64,000 nt of DNA from Azolla caroliniana (taxonomy: Eukaryota; Plantae; Polypodiophyta): assembly GCA_043228905.1 (NCBI GenBank), contig JBHGNT010000011.1:5642001-5706000 (forward strand), read 5' to 3'. The translations under genes were made by a program, and so were the position numbers. Below are positions 38,655-51,756 of this stretch, in pieces. Every line of letters begins with the position of its first letter. Within the stretch, counting starts at the first letter, position 1. The notes under the pieces were generated by a model, which ran no database searches, was not told the origin of the DNA, and saw nothing but the letters and a program-made list of their open reading frames with translations.

Positions 38655-41600
38655 TTACGAACTGGGTGCAACACCCGTGGCTGCATCGGTCTTCTCCACA
38701 TCCATTGCCTCAGGCTCAGTTTTCTGCAAAGCATTTACAATCGATTGATTGTTCCCCCACATAAAATAGAAGCTTATTTGGACAAAGAATATATCACAAT
38801 CCAAACATTTGGATACAATAACTTTTGTTTTTTGTTACCAGACGGAATATTTGGATGTGATTCCATTGTTTTGTTTTTTGTTACCAGAAAGAACATTTGG
38901 ATATGATTCCATTGTTTTGTTTTGTTTCATTTTGTTATCGAAAAGGTTTTCCCACACTAACCTTCGGTTCCAAGGCTTCCAATTTGCTTAGCCTTGCAAA
39001 CATATTCCCGTATAATTTCTTCTCTTTCTTGTTGTACTCCACTTGCCTCTGCTTCAAGGTTTTATACTCCAATTTGACATCTCTGAAGAAAAGACAATTC
39101 TTATCCCATTTAAGCAACAGGTTTGAGAATAGACCAAAACACAAAACTGCAAGAATAAAACTAACAGAGATAAATTTGATCAATGGGGAAAAAGAAAACT
39201 ATTGGTACCTATTGGTAGGATCAATCTCAAGCGCCTTCTTAATATCAAGCTCAGCAAGATCCAAGTCTGCAGTCTCGATGTAAGCCTGAGCTCTTCGATA
39301 GAGAGCTTTCACATTCTGAGATTCTAGCTCCAAGACCTGTCAAGTCCATCAGAAAGAATTTAGTTATCCAATACAACAAAAGGGATCAAACTTACATATA
39401 TGCCTAATGGAAAAACATCTGGAAAAAAAAAACTCAGCACAGAAAACATAATCCAATAATTTCCTCTAAACTTTTGGCACGGTTTATTTGATTATTTACA
39501 ATTATTTTTCATCTTTGACACATGTATGCATAATATCATACAAAAAGAAATCTAAGGGACGTATTCTAAAATACGTACATATGCATTCCAATAATTGAAA
39601 GAATCTAAAGCACACATTCATATTTCAATCATTTCCTCATTACTTCCATTATTACTTCTACATACTATAGGGGACTACCCATTATACCTTGGTGGACAGT
39701 TTGGCAGCTTCCTTGAAATCTTTGAGCTTCAACTTGCACGCAGCATTATTCAGATAGCATGACAGTTTGAGAGCCTTGGCAAGCTTCTTCTCCTCTTCCG
39801 AGAAGGAGCTGTCGTACTCAATGTACTTAATCGCCTATTCAACGAACAGTCAGTTAATCAAATACTCTTTAATGAACTCTCAAAATATGAGATCATCATC
39901 TCAATCAAATAAACAGACAACAAATTCATTTGTCTGTTACCTTGTCATACTTCTTGGATGCCCTGGCATACTTTCCAACTTTATAAAGAGCATTCCCATC
40001 TTCTTTCTTCTTTCCAGCACCTTCAATCTTCTCTGGAGTATTCATATCCCATGATTCTTTTTCCTACAGGTCAAATAAACCCATCACACAGCATTAGATG
40101 CCCCCATATGTACCACATATAATATAATACAAGTACATATAGGCATATCAATGTATGGGTGTATACATGTATGTGCGGTAACTGCATGCACATATCTATA
40201 CATGTGTGACACACATTGTGTGGCAGAGGCTTACCTTTTGGAACTCCACGAGCTCTAATTCATATGTTAAGACAGAATTGGGTGGAACGACAGCAAGGGC
40301 ACGTTTAACCTCTACATCACCGAAGCCATACTCGGGAGAAATTGTTATGAGAGCCAATTCTCCCTTGTGCATTGTTGAAACAGCTTTGTCCAATCCTGGA
40401 ATAACTTGCTCTATTTCGGACAAAACCAAACATTAAAAAGATCAGACATGAGGATATCAAGGGTGGACAGTTAAATACCCTTTTTGACTCATCAGTTGCA
40501 TACCTTCATCTGTAATAAACTCATAAAGCTCTTCGCCAAATCCTTCTTTTTCAAAGACAGTCCCATCAGCCAGTTTGGCAGTATATTTGACTGCAAATTG
40601 CCAAAGCCAAAAATCTCTCATTAAAAATCAACAAGAAGTTAAGAGCTCAAACACTGACAGTTGACGACCGCATTGCACTTAGTTACCATAGATTATGATG
40701 GATAAACGAGAAATCTGCTAAACTTAAGCGTACAGATTTTCTACAAATACCCTCCATTTTCAGTATATGTTACAGTATATTAATTAAGACATTTACCCTT
40801 TGCTCGTGTTCCGTCATTTGGTTTCTCATAACCTTCCCCTGGCTTCAATACTTTCTTCATAACTTTCTTGTCATCAGTAACACTTTCAATGGATTTCCAA
40901 GACACTAATTCCAACTCAATCATCAATATTGAATCAGCTGGAACATTGTCCTTCCCACTTTCTCCAAATCCATCTGCGTTTCCATAAGAATCAACTTTTT
41001 AGACAGACCTCAAAGTCATCAAACCTTATTGCTTTACAAACTCTTAATCCTTGTGACAACTGCCATTTTCCATTGGGCTACTTACATTTTGGCTGAACAG
41101 TAAGTAGCACTTTTTCTCCTTTCTTCATAGTTGTAACTGCCTTGCTGATAGCAGGACAGAAATATCCTGCATTTAGTTAAGAACAGCAGTTCAGCTATTG
41201 TTGCTTACTTTTCGGTACACATTTTCAAGTTCTGCATAGAATCCCTCTTATTGAGATCATACCATCTTTCACAATGAACTCAGCACCCTCTTCGGGGGTT
41301 GAGAAGATAGTGGTTCCATCCTGTAGCTTCACAGTGAACTTAACTGCAAAAAGAATCAATTTACTGCGTCATTTTCACAATCAAAAGCATAGTATCCAAC
41401 ACTGAGTTTATAAGGCGTTTCATCACTTAACAATTTCATAACAGCCAATGTTATATAAGAAATCACACCTGACATTACATCAGTTTGCAAAGTGTGTTAA
41501 GAGTGTCTACAATATTTCACCATGTCATCCCTCAATTAATAACAAGCAATGCTATGCATATATCATTGCCCCATATCAGCCAATAACGAATATAGCAACC

Positions 41601-42761
41601 AATACTGAGTGAGTGGAAATGAGTTATAAGTGTTGAAGCCTACAAGATAGGGTCATTACCTGTAACTTCATCATCTTGTTTAGGATTCTGCCATTTCTCT
41701 CCCTCAGTGAGGATCTTCTTGAAGATGCCACCATCTTTGCAAATATCCTTGATACTAGACCAAGATATGAGCTCCACATCGAACAGAAGTGTAGCTTTGG
41801 GTGGAATCGTGGGAGGAGAGCCACTATCTCCATACGCAAGGTCAGGTGGAATTGTAAATATTGCTTGCTCTCCCTTCTTCATTGTAGCTATACCTTCATC
41901 CCATCCCTTTATGACTTGACCTGAATCCGTCATCGCAATGATTAAAAAACTTTGATACCACAGGTAAATCACAAATGACACATTATGATAAATTAATTAA
42001 CTTTGTTTTAAGAAAAAGTTTCCCCCACCTTCACCGAGCTTGAAGGTAAATGGTTCTCCACGGTCACGGCTGGAATCAAATTTAGTTCCATCCAGGAGAG
42101 TTCCAGTGTAATGCACTGCCAATATATTAAGATAAATTTAATTCACAGTGACATGCTCTTGCAGAAGAATGGCATTGATAGTCATTGGGTAATATAAAAA
42201 TAGAAGTATATATAAAGTGCGAAACCACACTGATCAACAATGGGCTAATTTGTATCTCCCATGAAAAACACATGCTACAAGAGAGCAGATCAGCGCACAT
42301 AGGAAATCAAAATCAGTTTTTTGGCATATGTATTATGAGAAACAGCAACATAAGAGCAGCCCGAAAGAAGAAGAAGAAGAATTTACAATTAAAATCAAAT
42401 AAATAATAACATTATATTTTGTATATGGCTCAAGCAAGTGAATCGTTCGTAGTAATGTTACAAGCAAGAGATGGGGAGAACAGATGAACGAGCACGAAAA
42501 GAAAGAGAAGAAGCTCTTAAAGGCAAAACAGATTTCGGGCTAACCTTTTACTTCGTCTCCTTTCTCGGGTGTGGCCCAGTTCTTCCCTGCAACGACGAGC
42601 TTTTTCTTCAATCCAGCATGGCCTATAGGCCTCTCCTCTCCCTCCTTCTGTGGTCCAGATGAGGTGGCCTCGGATCCATCGCCAAGATCTCCCAATTCTT
42701 CATCATCATCTCCTTCGTCCTCCACGTGCTGCGCATCAGGGATGTCGAGATCGTCGGCCAT
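38655..42761 (-). CDS. FKBP62: FKBP-type peptidyl-prolyl isomerase with three FKBP domains and TPRs (FKBP62/FKBP65, ROF1/ROF2-like), 13 exons
   Basis: Exon peptides: [92 protein letters not shown] region ([22 protein letters not shown]) and C-terminal [12 protein letters not shown] junctions. The last exon (38722-38655) ends in TAA. Confidence 0.93.
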
Positions 42762-43030
42762 CGCTGCTGTGAGGCTGAGATGAGGAGGATACGAAGCCCG
42801 AAACGGATCAAGAGTTTCTAGAGGGGGAGGGGGAAAATGCAGAGTTTCTTCAGAGACAAGGGTCGAGTAGCTGTGGGGAGGGATGGAAGAGGGAGACTAT
42901 TTAGGGTTTGCTCAGGAGCTGTAGGAATTAGACGTCGGAAGAAGAAGGATTAACACAGAGAACAAAACCTCGGGGGCTTGATCGCGGAGGTGTAGCAGTG
43001 TATGCGGGCGGAATGGGGAAGCAGAGAGGC

Positions 43031-43068
43031 TAGGGTTAGGATTAGGGTTAGGGTTAGGGTTAGGGTTT
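43031..43068. repeat. Short (TTAGGG)n telo-box-like tract upstream of the FKBP ATG
   Basis: TAGGGTTAGGATTAGGGTTAGGGTTAGGGTTAGGGTTT. Confidence 0.75.
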
Positions 43069-43199
43069 GGCACAGACAGACACAGAGAGAGAGAGGGAGG
43101 AGGAGGAGGAGTTTTAAAACCCCATCTCGCTCTTCTAAATTTCCTCTCTCTTCGTTTCTCTCTTTTTTTTTTCTCTCTCTTCTTCTTCTTCTTCTTTCG

Positions 43200-43219
43200 G
43201 GAACCTTCTGGATCCTTCT
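43200..43219. promoter_or_regulatory. Heat-shock element in the FKBP promoter
   Basis: gGAAc cTTCt gGATc cTTCt, i.e. alternating nGAAn pentamers with one imperfect, about 440 bp upstream of the ATG. Confidence 0.5.
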
Positions 43220-43510
43220 AAAAACCTTCGCCTTCCTTTTTCCCTCTTCTTCATTCTTCATTTTTCTTCTTCCTTTTTGTCCCACCAACAAATTTCTTGA
43301 GAGGGACACTCATCCATACATTAAATATACCATCGTGTTCTTTCCGTATGTAAATTGTAATATGTACTCCGAGAACACACGAACAAATGGCCGGCCGACC
43401 CTTGCCCCTCGTATTATGTACATAATAATGTGTTGCGCATGTGACAATACAAAACAAGAGGTTTGAGAGATGTACGTGTGCGCATGCGCGTGCGTGCATG
43501 GCACATTGCG

Positions 43511-43782
43511 GCACGAGGCTTGAGAGAGAGCATGAGACGCTCGATTGATCGAATATCAACCAATGACATCATTTTGGTTTCGAACTGGTGTTCTCCCATT
43601 GTCTGTATTATAGTACAAGCACGAGGCTTGAGAGGAGAGAGCACGAGCCAGCCGATTGCTCGATCCGCCAATGACATAGCTTTTGGTTTCAGACAAACGT
43701 TCTCCCATTGTCTATATATTATAGTATAAGCACGAGGCTTGAGAGAGAGCGTGAGACAGTTGATTGATCGATCCGCCAATGA
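43511..43782. repeat. About 110-bp tandem repeat, 2.5 copies
   Basis: GCACGAGGCTTGAGAG..CGATTG.TCGA..CCAATGA at 43511, 43619 and 43730. The third copy is cut by copia sequence. Confidence 0.85.
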
Positions 43783-43968
43783 GGTAGCTACTCATTTGTG
43801 TGGTCATGTTGATGTAGTGTCTTCCTTCTTGGCTTTTCTTCCTTTGGTCACGTACACGTGCTACGTAGCAGCATACGGTTAGCGGATTTGTTGTCGGCGT
43901 CTCGAACACACAATCACGAAGAGTCGGGTGGGCTAAGTGGATATACTAAACCATGCGCTCTAATACCA

Positions 43969-46900
43969 TGTCAATAATTAGGTGATGAATTAAGGGTTAT
44001 TTAGTAATTAATTATGTGAGTAGTTAATCACGTATGTGATTAAGTAGCGAAAAATTATGTGATATGTGTGTGTGTGTGTGTGTATGTTCGTGAGAGGAAG
44101 AGGGAGAGGAAGATACACTTATGAACAATAAGATAAATAAGGGATGATTAACGAGAGTTTCGCTAAAGACTTTTCCCTATATTAATGAGCATTATCAAAT
44201 ACAAAAATACCCACAATGAGGTATATATACATCTCATGTGCGAAGGTGCACATGTGTGAGTAGAATATAGGTACAAAGGTGTAAGTTCTATATTAAATGT
44301 ACTTGGGAGTGGAGGATCTAGAATGTATCCCACTTACTTAAGTACATCATCATATTTAAGGCTTTATATTCAACACTTCTATCTAGGTAACTACTAAGTT
44401 ACTTGATTAACTAAATGTCTAAGCTTAATTGAGCTTGATATCTCAACACGCCCCCTCAAGCTCAAGTGTGAGGCGTCCGACTTTCGGCTTTTGGCTTTCA
44501 TCCTTTCCAAGGCAATTTATGTTCCTCCCCCTCAAGCCTGTGACGAAGGTTTGTGAAGTTAGAGGGTTGAAGGTCGAGTGCTTCCATCCGTCGTGGGTCA
44601 TGAACAGTCACTACCTTCATCGTGAAGGCATAATGATGGGCCTTATACTCATTGTAGCCGAACCGAGTGACCGCGTTCTTCTCTCGTGATGAGCGCCGGA
44701 GTTTTTCACTTGCCGATGTGAGCGCCTTCTTTACTCCGGGTTCCGCATGATGGGTACACCAAACTCACTATCTAGTGAGGGAGCCAACACATCTAAATCA
44801 TTGTCATCAAGGTGGTCGACTTCATATTCGGGCATCTTACCTTTGCCTTTGTCCAATTTCGGACTTGGTCGCGACGTGCTTTGGTCGCGTGAAGGCTCAT
44901 GTGGGCCACTTAGCTTGGTAGAGCTTGGATTGTCCTTTGGCAAAGGACTTGGCCGAATATCGTCATCCGAGTTTACGTTTAACTCTTCCTCGGTCGGGCT
45001 GAATGGAGTCGAATTGGGCTCATACCACGATGTCGATTCGTCAAAGACTACATCCTGACTCACCCGAACCGCTCGAGTTGAAGGGTCGAAGCACTTGTAT
45101 GCCTTTTGCTTGGACGAGTATCCTACGAGGATACATTTCTCCGACTTCGCCTTGGGCTTCTGTCTTTTTTCACCCGAGATGCGTACATTCGTAATGCTTT
45201 CGAACACTTTGAGGTGTGACAGGATCGGCTTCCTTCCAACAAGGAGCTCGTATGGAGTTAACTCATGCACTCCATTAGTGGTACACAGATTCATGAGATA
45301 GACGATTGTGGTTGCTACTTTGGCCCAATAGAAGTTTGGCAGGTGCTTCTCGTGCAACATGGCCCCTGCTACCTCAAGTATATGCCGATTCTTCCTTTTG
45401 GCTACTCCATTTTGTTGGGGTGTGTGTCGACATGAGAATTCTCTCTGGATGCCTTCACCTTGGACGTAGGAGATGAATTCATCAGAGAAGTACTCCTTGC
45501 CTCCACCAATTGTAGGCATCGAATGTGTCGACCGGTTTCTTTTTCAACTTAGCTCTTGAGCTTTTGGAAGTGGGAGAGTAGTTTGCTCTTCTTCTTCATC
45601 GGGAAAATCCACGTGTAGCACGAGTAGTCATCAATGAAGGTGACGTCGTACCGGCATCCTCCGATCGTCGGCATTTGGGTTGGTCCCCATACATATGAGT
45701 GGATGATGTCAAGGAGGCCTTTGCTTACGTAGCTCTCCTTTAGAAATGGGAGTCTAGAAACTCATTTATTATTTCTATAGGAAATTCATGTATATTGTAG
45801 ATTACTCTAGAACATTATAGAAACTTCAAGAGTAATCTTGACAACACTATAAATAGAGGCATAAGGCATTATTTTGAACCAATTCGGTTCAACGCCTGTC
45901 TTAAGCCTCATAGCTATTCTTGTATATTCTCTTCATATAATATATTGTTTGTTATCATCATTCTCTCTCTCTCTCTCCTCTCGAGATATCTACACCCTCC
46001 TTCTCTCTTAGTACTAATTCTTATCTCTAGTACTAATTCCCTCTCTGTCTTAGTACTATTCCTGACAGTTTGAACCAAATTACGTTGTTCTCATCTTCGT
46101 ATCTCTCATTCCCTTCATACAAATCTTCTTATCCATCCTTCCTCCAATATTATGGCAATTGTTAGCGTTCAAGAATACCAATCTGTCCTCTCAGAGTTGC
46201 AGTGCTTGAAAGAAAAGTTTGTAGCACTAGAACAAGAAAATCAACGGTTGTTGGGGGATCTTCAACAAATCTCTCTAGAGATGTAGCAAATGCAACAACA
46301 ACACGGAGAGTTGGCATTACGTGTACAACAACTTGAAGCAACCATTGTGTCCTTACAACAACAGGGATCAAGTACTCAAGGAATTCATAAAGAACCCAAT
46401 ATCGGTCTTCCTACAAAATTCGATAGAACGCAGTCACAATTCAGGGAATTCCTTAATCAGGTATGTCTTGTGATTCAAATGCATCATTCCCGATATCCCA
46501 TCGATGCATCACGAGTGGGATTAGTAGGCACGTTGCTTAAGGGCCCAACTTTGGCATAGTTTGCACCTTTATTAGAACAAATATCTCCATTGTTAAATAA
46601 TTTTGAGGAATTTATTAGCGAGTTTAAAGCCTGTTTCGGGGTAACCAATAATGTTAGGACGACAATCAATAAAATCCAAAGATTGCGTCAAGGTGATCGT
46701 CCAACCTCAGCATATATTGCGGATCTCCGTCTACTCGCCGTCGATATTCCCAGAGATGATCTAGCATTGATGGAGCAATTTCGATGGCCTTCGATACGAT
46801 GTTCGGAACGTCAATTACAAATGCCAAGAACAAGGTCGGAGCACACATATGCCTCAGTCGTAGCAAAACCATTTGCAAGGGAGTCATATAATGCAACTCC

Positions 46901-49900
46901 AGTAAATACTCCAACCCTGATGGAAATCGACACTACACGTCGTCACAGACTGTTATCGGAAGAGGAAAAGCAGCGACGCCAAGCAAATCGATTATGTCTT
47001 TATTGTGGTGGACCGGGGCATATTGCAGTAAATTGACCCTATAGGCCAAGAAGACAGGTAAATCAAATAACCGCTAGTACTAATAATATTAAGCCCGAGT
47101 CTATTAGGAGTGTTTGATAATTCCAATAGCCCAAGCTTATCAAACAAATTTGAAGTCCTTAGTCAACTAGAAGAAGAGTTAAACGACTAAGTCCAACCAA
47201 AATAGGAGTTGTTTGGTTGGACAACCCTAGATCTGTGCAGCCCATTAGTAGTTCCATTCTCTCTAAGCAAGTTAGCAATGTCTTCCTAGTTCAAGTAGCT
47301 ACTAGTACTAAAAGTATCCCTCCAGTACATGTCTTAGCACTCCTATATTCCGAATCTAATTCTTGCTTCATGGATAAGAATTTTGCCCAAGCTCATCAGA
47401 TATCCCTAAGAAAACTCCCTTGCCTAGCCTCTATAATAGTCATTGATGGTTGCCCCATTGCTTTCGGAAATATCGTAGAAGAGTCAGATCCAATTAGTGT
47501 TGTCCTAGATAATTTGGCATGTGTAGTATCATTCAATATAATTAGTAGTCCAGAACATCTAATTGTTTTGGGGTTACCATGGTTCAAGTTACACAATCCA
47601 GACATGGATTGGAGAACAAGAGAAAACTGGTATCGACAACCTCGAGAATCTACTCATAAGGTTTCAACCATTTCGCTACATCAACTACGCGAGGAAGGAC
47701 ACAAGGAATCAATGTTTGTATTCGCAGTAACAATAAAACCTTCCAGAACCACTAAAGAGGAATCCATAGTTCAACTTCCAGAATAGTATCTTCATTATGC
47801 CGGCGTGTTTGATAAGGTACAAGCCAATATTCTTCCTCACCATCGACCGTATGATTGTCCCATTGATTTACAACCAAGAAAAGAGCCACCATGGGGACAA
47901 ATCTACAACTTGTCACCAACCAAGCTAGAAATCCTTCGAGAACAGGTTGCCCGCGAGGGGTCAATTTGCGCTAGAATAGCTTGAGTGAAAGCGTCTGTCT
48001 TTAAGTCTTCAACAACCAGGTACGGACTATCGACAATTCGAATGTCATGATGGATTACTATTCTTTAAGAAACTCTTGTATGTTCCCAATGGTAAACATT
48101 GGATTTAGTACAATGATCATTTTGGTGGCCTCATATGCAACGATTTGTCGAAGACTATGTTCGGACATGTGATACATGTTGCAGAGCAAAGATGCCAAGA
48201 CATCATCCATATGGTTTATTGGAACCATTACCAATTCCAAGCAAGCTATGGTAGTCCATTTCTCTAGATTTGATCACAGATCTTCTAGTTTCAAAGGGAT
48301 TCGATGTGATCTTAACAATAGTGGATCGATATACTAAGATAGCAATCACTAGTGAAGAAACCACTGAAATTGTCATGTGTGAGGTATTTCAGCATTATGG
48401 CCTCCCGGATAGTATCATTAGCGACCGTGGACCTCAATTCGTCTCGAAATTTTGGAAGCCTCTCTTCAAAATGCTCAAGGTCACTTGTAACCTCTCCTCC
48501 GGCTATCACCCTCAAACAGACGGCCAAGCAGAACGAACAAATCAAACGCTGGAAGAGTATCTTCGATGTTTTCTAAGCTATCAACAAGATGATTGGGTGG
48601 ATATTCTCCACTTTGCCGAATTTGCTTATAATAACTCTATCCACTCATCGACTAGGGTTACACCATTGTATGCTTATAAAGGCTATCATCCTTGATTGTG
48701 TGTGTTCGAAATTCCGGAGTTACCCACAAATCCTCATGCAGAGGATTATTTGGAGTGGCTACGCAAGATACAAGCAGACCTATCTACCCATTTACATCAA
48801 CCTCAACAAACACAGAAGGCTTATGCGGATCGTCATCAGCTTCCATCCTGTTTTGACATTGGAAATCGGGTATGGCTATTACGATGACACATCAAGACTA
48901 CTCGACCATGCGATAAATTGGATTATCGAGGATTAGGTCCTCTTTCCGTATTATCGGAAAAATTAATGATGTCATTTTTCTTCTTGATCTACCTCCGCAA
49001 CTACGGTTACATCCGGTTTTTCATAGTTCTCTTCTCAAACCCTATCAAGATAACACTATTCCAAATCGTATTACACCACCTCCACCCCCGATCGAGCTTT
49101 AAGCAGAGGACTGGAGTACAAAGTTGCTGCCATCTTTGATTCCAAGATTTTTCGCAACAAGCTCTACTATTTGGTCGATTGGTTAGGCCAAGCGAGCGTA
49201 CTTGCGAACCAGTCAAGAATGTTGCAAATGCTTGAGCTCTTATTCAGGACTTCCATCGACACTATCCCGACAAACTAGGTCCTCCATCTAAGACGACTCG
49301 TAACACTCGTCGTCTTTGGGGGGGGGGGGGGGGGGGGGGTAGTGTCGTGATATGGCATGGTATGGCTCCAAAAGGATTCGAACCCATGACCTTGTGTTAC
49401 GCAGGCTGAACCCTTGCCATTTAACCATGAATTGTAATACGAAAGATATTAGTTTCATTTATTGTTTCTATAGGCAATTCATGTATATTCTAGATTACTC
49501 TAGAACATTCTAGAAACTTCAAGAGTAATCTTGACAACACTGTAAATAGAGGCATAAGACATTATTTCGAACTAATTCAGTTCAACGCTAGTCTTAAGCC
49601 TCCTAGCTATTCTTGTATATTCTCTTCATATAATATACCGTTTGTTATAATCATTCTCTCTCTTTCCTTCTCTCGAGAGTTCTACACCCTCTTTCCCTCT
49701 TACTACTAATCCTTATCTGTAGTACTAATTCCCTCTTTGTCTTTGTACTATTCCTAACACCTTTGGCATACATGGCCGATTTTACCTTGTTCGAATCGAG
49801 AATGAACATCCGTCTCTTCGTCCCCTAGCAATGAGTCAGTCACCTTTTTCTATAAAGCATCCTTCGTTGTTGAAACGAACTTGCATGTCTTGCTCCACGA

Positions 49901-51756
49901 TTTGGCCAACTGAGAGCAAATATCTTTATTATTATAGGAACGTGCAAGACATTCTTGATGCAATTGTTTTGGTCATCGTTGCTGAATGGAACGTTGCCGA
50001 CCCATTGCCGATGTGCTGAATGGGATGCGTGGTGTCATCTCTCGTCTCTATGTAGCCGGGTCAATCTAGCGTTCCTAGGTCATGAAACCACTCTTGGTGT
50101 GACGTCATATGATGTGAGGCTCCGGAGTCAACAAACCACATGTCTTCTGAGTTGGAGGTGCTTGTGGAGTCGGAGGCCGTCATAGAGTTCGCTCTATGTC
50201 TCATTACGAATAGCCCACCGTAGTCGTCGTATTCAGAGTTGGTGGTGTAATTTGTGAGTTGTCGGCTTGTCGAAGCTGACTCACTTCTCTTCTTTCGGCA
50301 CTCCTCTTCACGGTGGCCGATTTTGCCGCAATAGTTGCAAGTAGCGGGCCTCATTTGCCAACCTTGTTTGGCATGGAAGCTCCCCCTTCTTTCGAAGTTT
50401 CCTCGATGGCTTCCGTCTTGTTGTCGAAGGTTTGAGTTCCCTTCGTGAGATTGGTCGAATCGACCTCTTCTACCGTCGCGACCTTGTCCTTAGCTACCAT
50501 CCAAATTCGAGAAGAACATTTTTCCTTCGGACGTCTTGGTCTTGGTTCGGACGTGGTTCTCTTCAACCAATAACATTGATTGGAGGTCGAAGAATGAAGG
50601 AGGTTTTCTCTCACGAAGATAGCCTTCCTTATCGGGTCGAACTGATGTGGGAGGCCGTCCAAGCATACTTGAACCATCTCGTCTTCATCGACGTTTATGT
50701 TGATGGAGCCAAGTGAGTCGCAAATGCTCTTGATCTTGGCAGTGTAATCCGACACGAGCATATCTTTTTGTTGGATGTTGTTCACCTCTTGTTGGAGTTG
50801 AAGCTTGCGGGTGCTCGTGTTGGCGGAATTTTTTTTCTTAAAGTTCGCTAACGCTTCTTTAGGTGTCTTGGCATCTCGAATGTGGCTAAGCATGTGGTCA
50901 TGGACACATGTTGCCAAGCAATACATTACCTTACTCGCTTCGTGCTCCCACATTGGGTAGTTGGCATTTGTGATGTCGAGTTTGTTTTCGAATGCACCGA
51001 TGATGTAGCTCCAATACCCTTGGCCGACTAGGTATTGGCTCATCTTGTCCTCCCAAGATGAATAATTGCTTTGGTCTAGCTTTTCACTTGGGAGCGAGCT
51101 ACCCATTTGTTTATTCATGTTGATGTAGTGTATTCTTTCTTGGCTTTTCTTCCTTTGGTCATGTACACATGCTATGTAGCGGCCTACGGTAGCGGATAAC
51201 CAGATTTGTTGTCGACGTCTTGAACACACAATCACGAAGAGTCGAGTGGGCTAAGTGGATATACTAAACCATGCACTTTGATACCATGTTAATAATTAGG
51301 TGATGAATTAAGGGTTAATTAGTAATTAATTATGTGAGTAGTTAATCACGTATGTGATTAAGTAGCGAAAAATTATGTGATATGTGTGTGTATGTTTGTG
51401 AGAGGAAGAGGGAGAGGAAGATACACTTATGAACAATAAGATAAATAAAGGATGATTAACGAGAGTTTCGCTAAAGACTTTTCTCTATATTGATGAGCAT
51501 CATCAAATACAAAAATACCCACAATGAGGTATATATACATCTCATGTGCAAAGGTGCACATGTGTGAGTAGAATATAGGTACAACGGTGTAATTCCTATA
51601 TTAAATGTACTTGGGAGTGGAGGATCTAGAATGTATCCCATTTACTTAAGTACAGAATCGTATTTAAGGCTTTATAGTCAACACTTCTATCTAGGTAATT
51701 ACTAAGTTTCATGGTTAACTAAATGTCTAAGCTTAATTGAGCTTGATATCTAAACA
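43969..51756 (-). mobile_element. Two-LTR Ty1/copia lacking RT and RNase H, interrupted by a gypsy element
   Basis: LTRs 43969-44448 and 51287-51756 (similar, with scattered substitutions). PBS at 51275-51286, PPT at 44449-44460. gag 51120-50350, CNYCGKIGH and WFVDSGASHHM at 50350-50060, INT 45750-44730. Confidence 0.9.
45762..49759 (+). mobile_element. Decayed Ty3/gypsy chromovirus (Tcn1/Tf1-sushi-like) lacking the RT-RNase H core
   Basis: 5'-truncated left LTR about 45762-46067 and right LTR 49343-49759. gag with RLCLYCGGPGH, protease region 47217-47786, RT N-terminus (LPHHRPYDCPIDL), INT (SIISDRGPQF, YHPQTDGQAERTNQ), chromodomain (YYLVDWLG), and poly-G PPT 49318-49339. Confidence 0.88.

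Noticed and set aside
49318-49339. 22-G run as a special G-quadruplex element
   Set aside because: It sits at the PPT position, and homopolymer length is unreliable.
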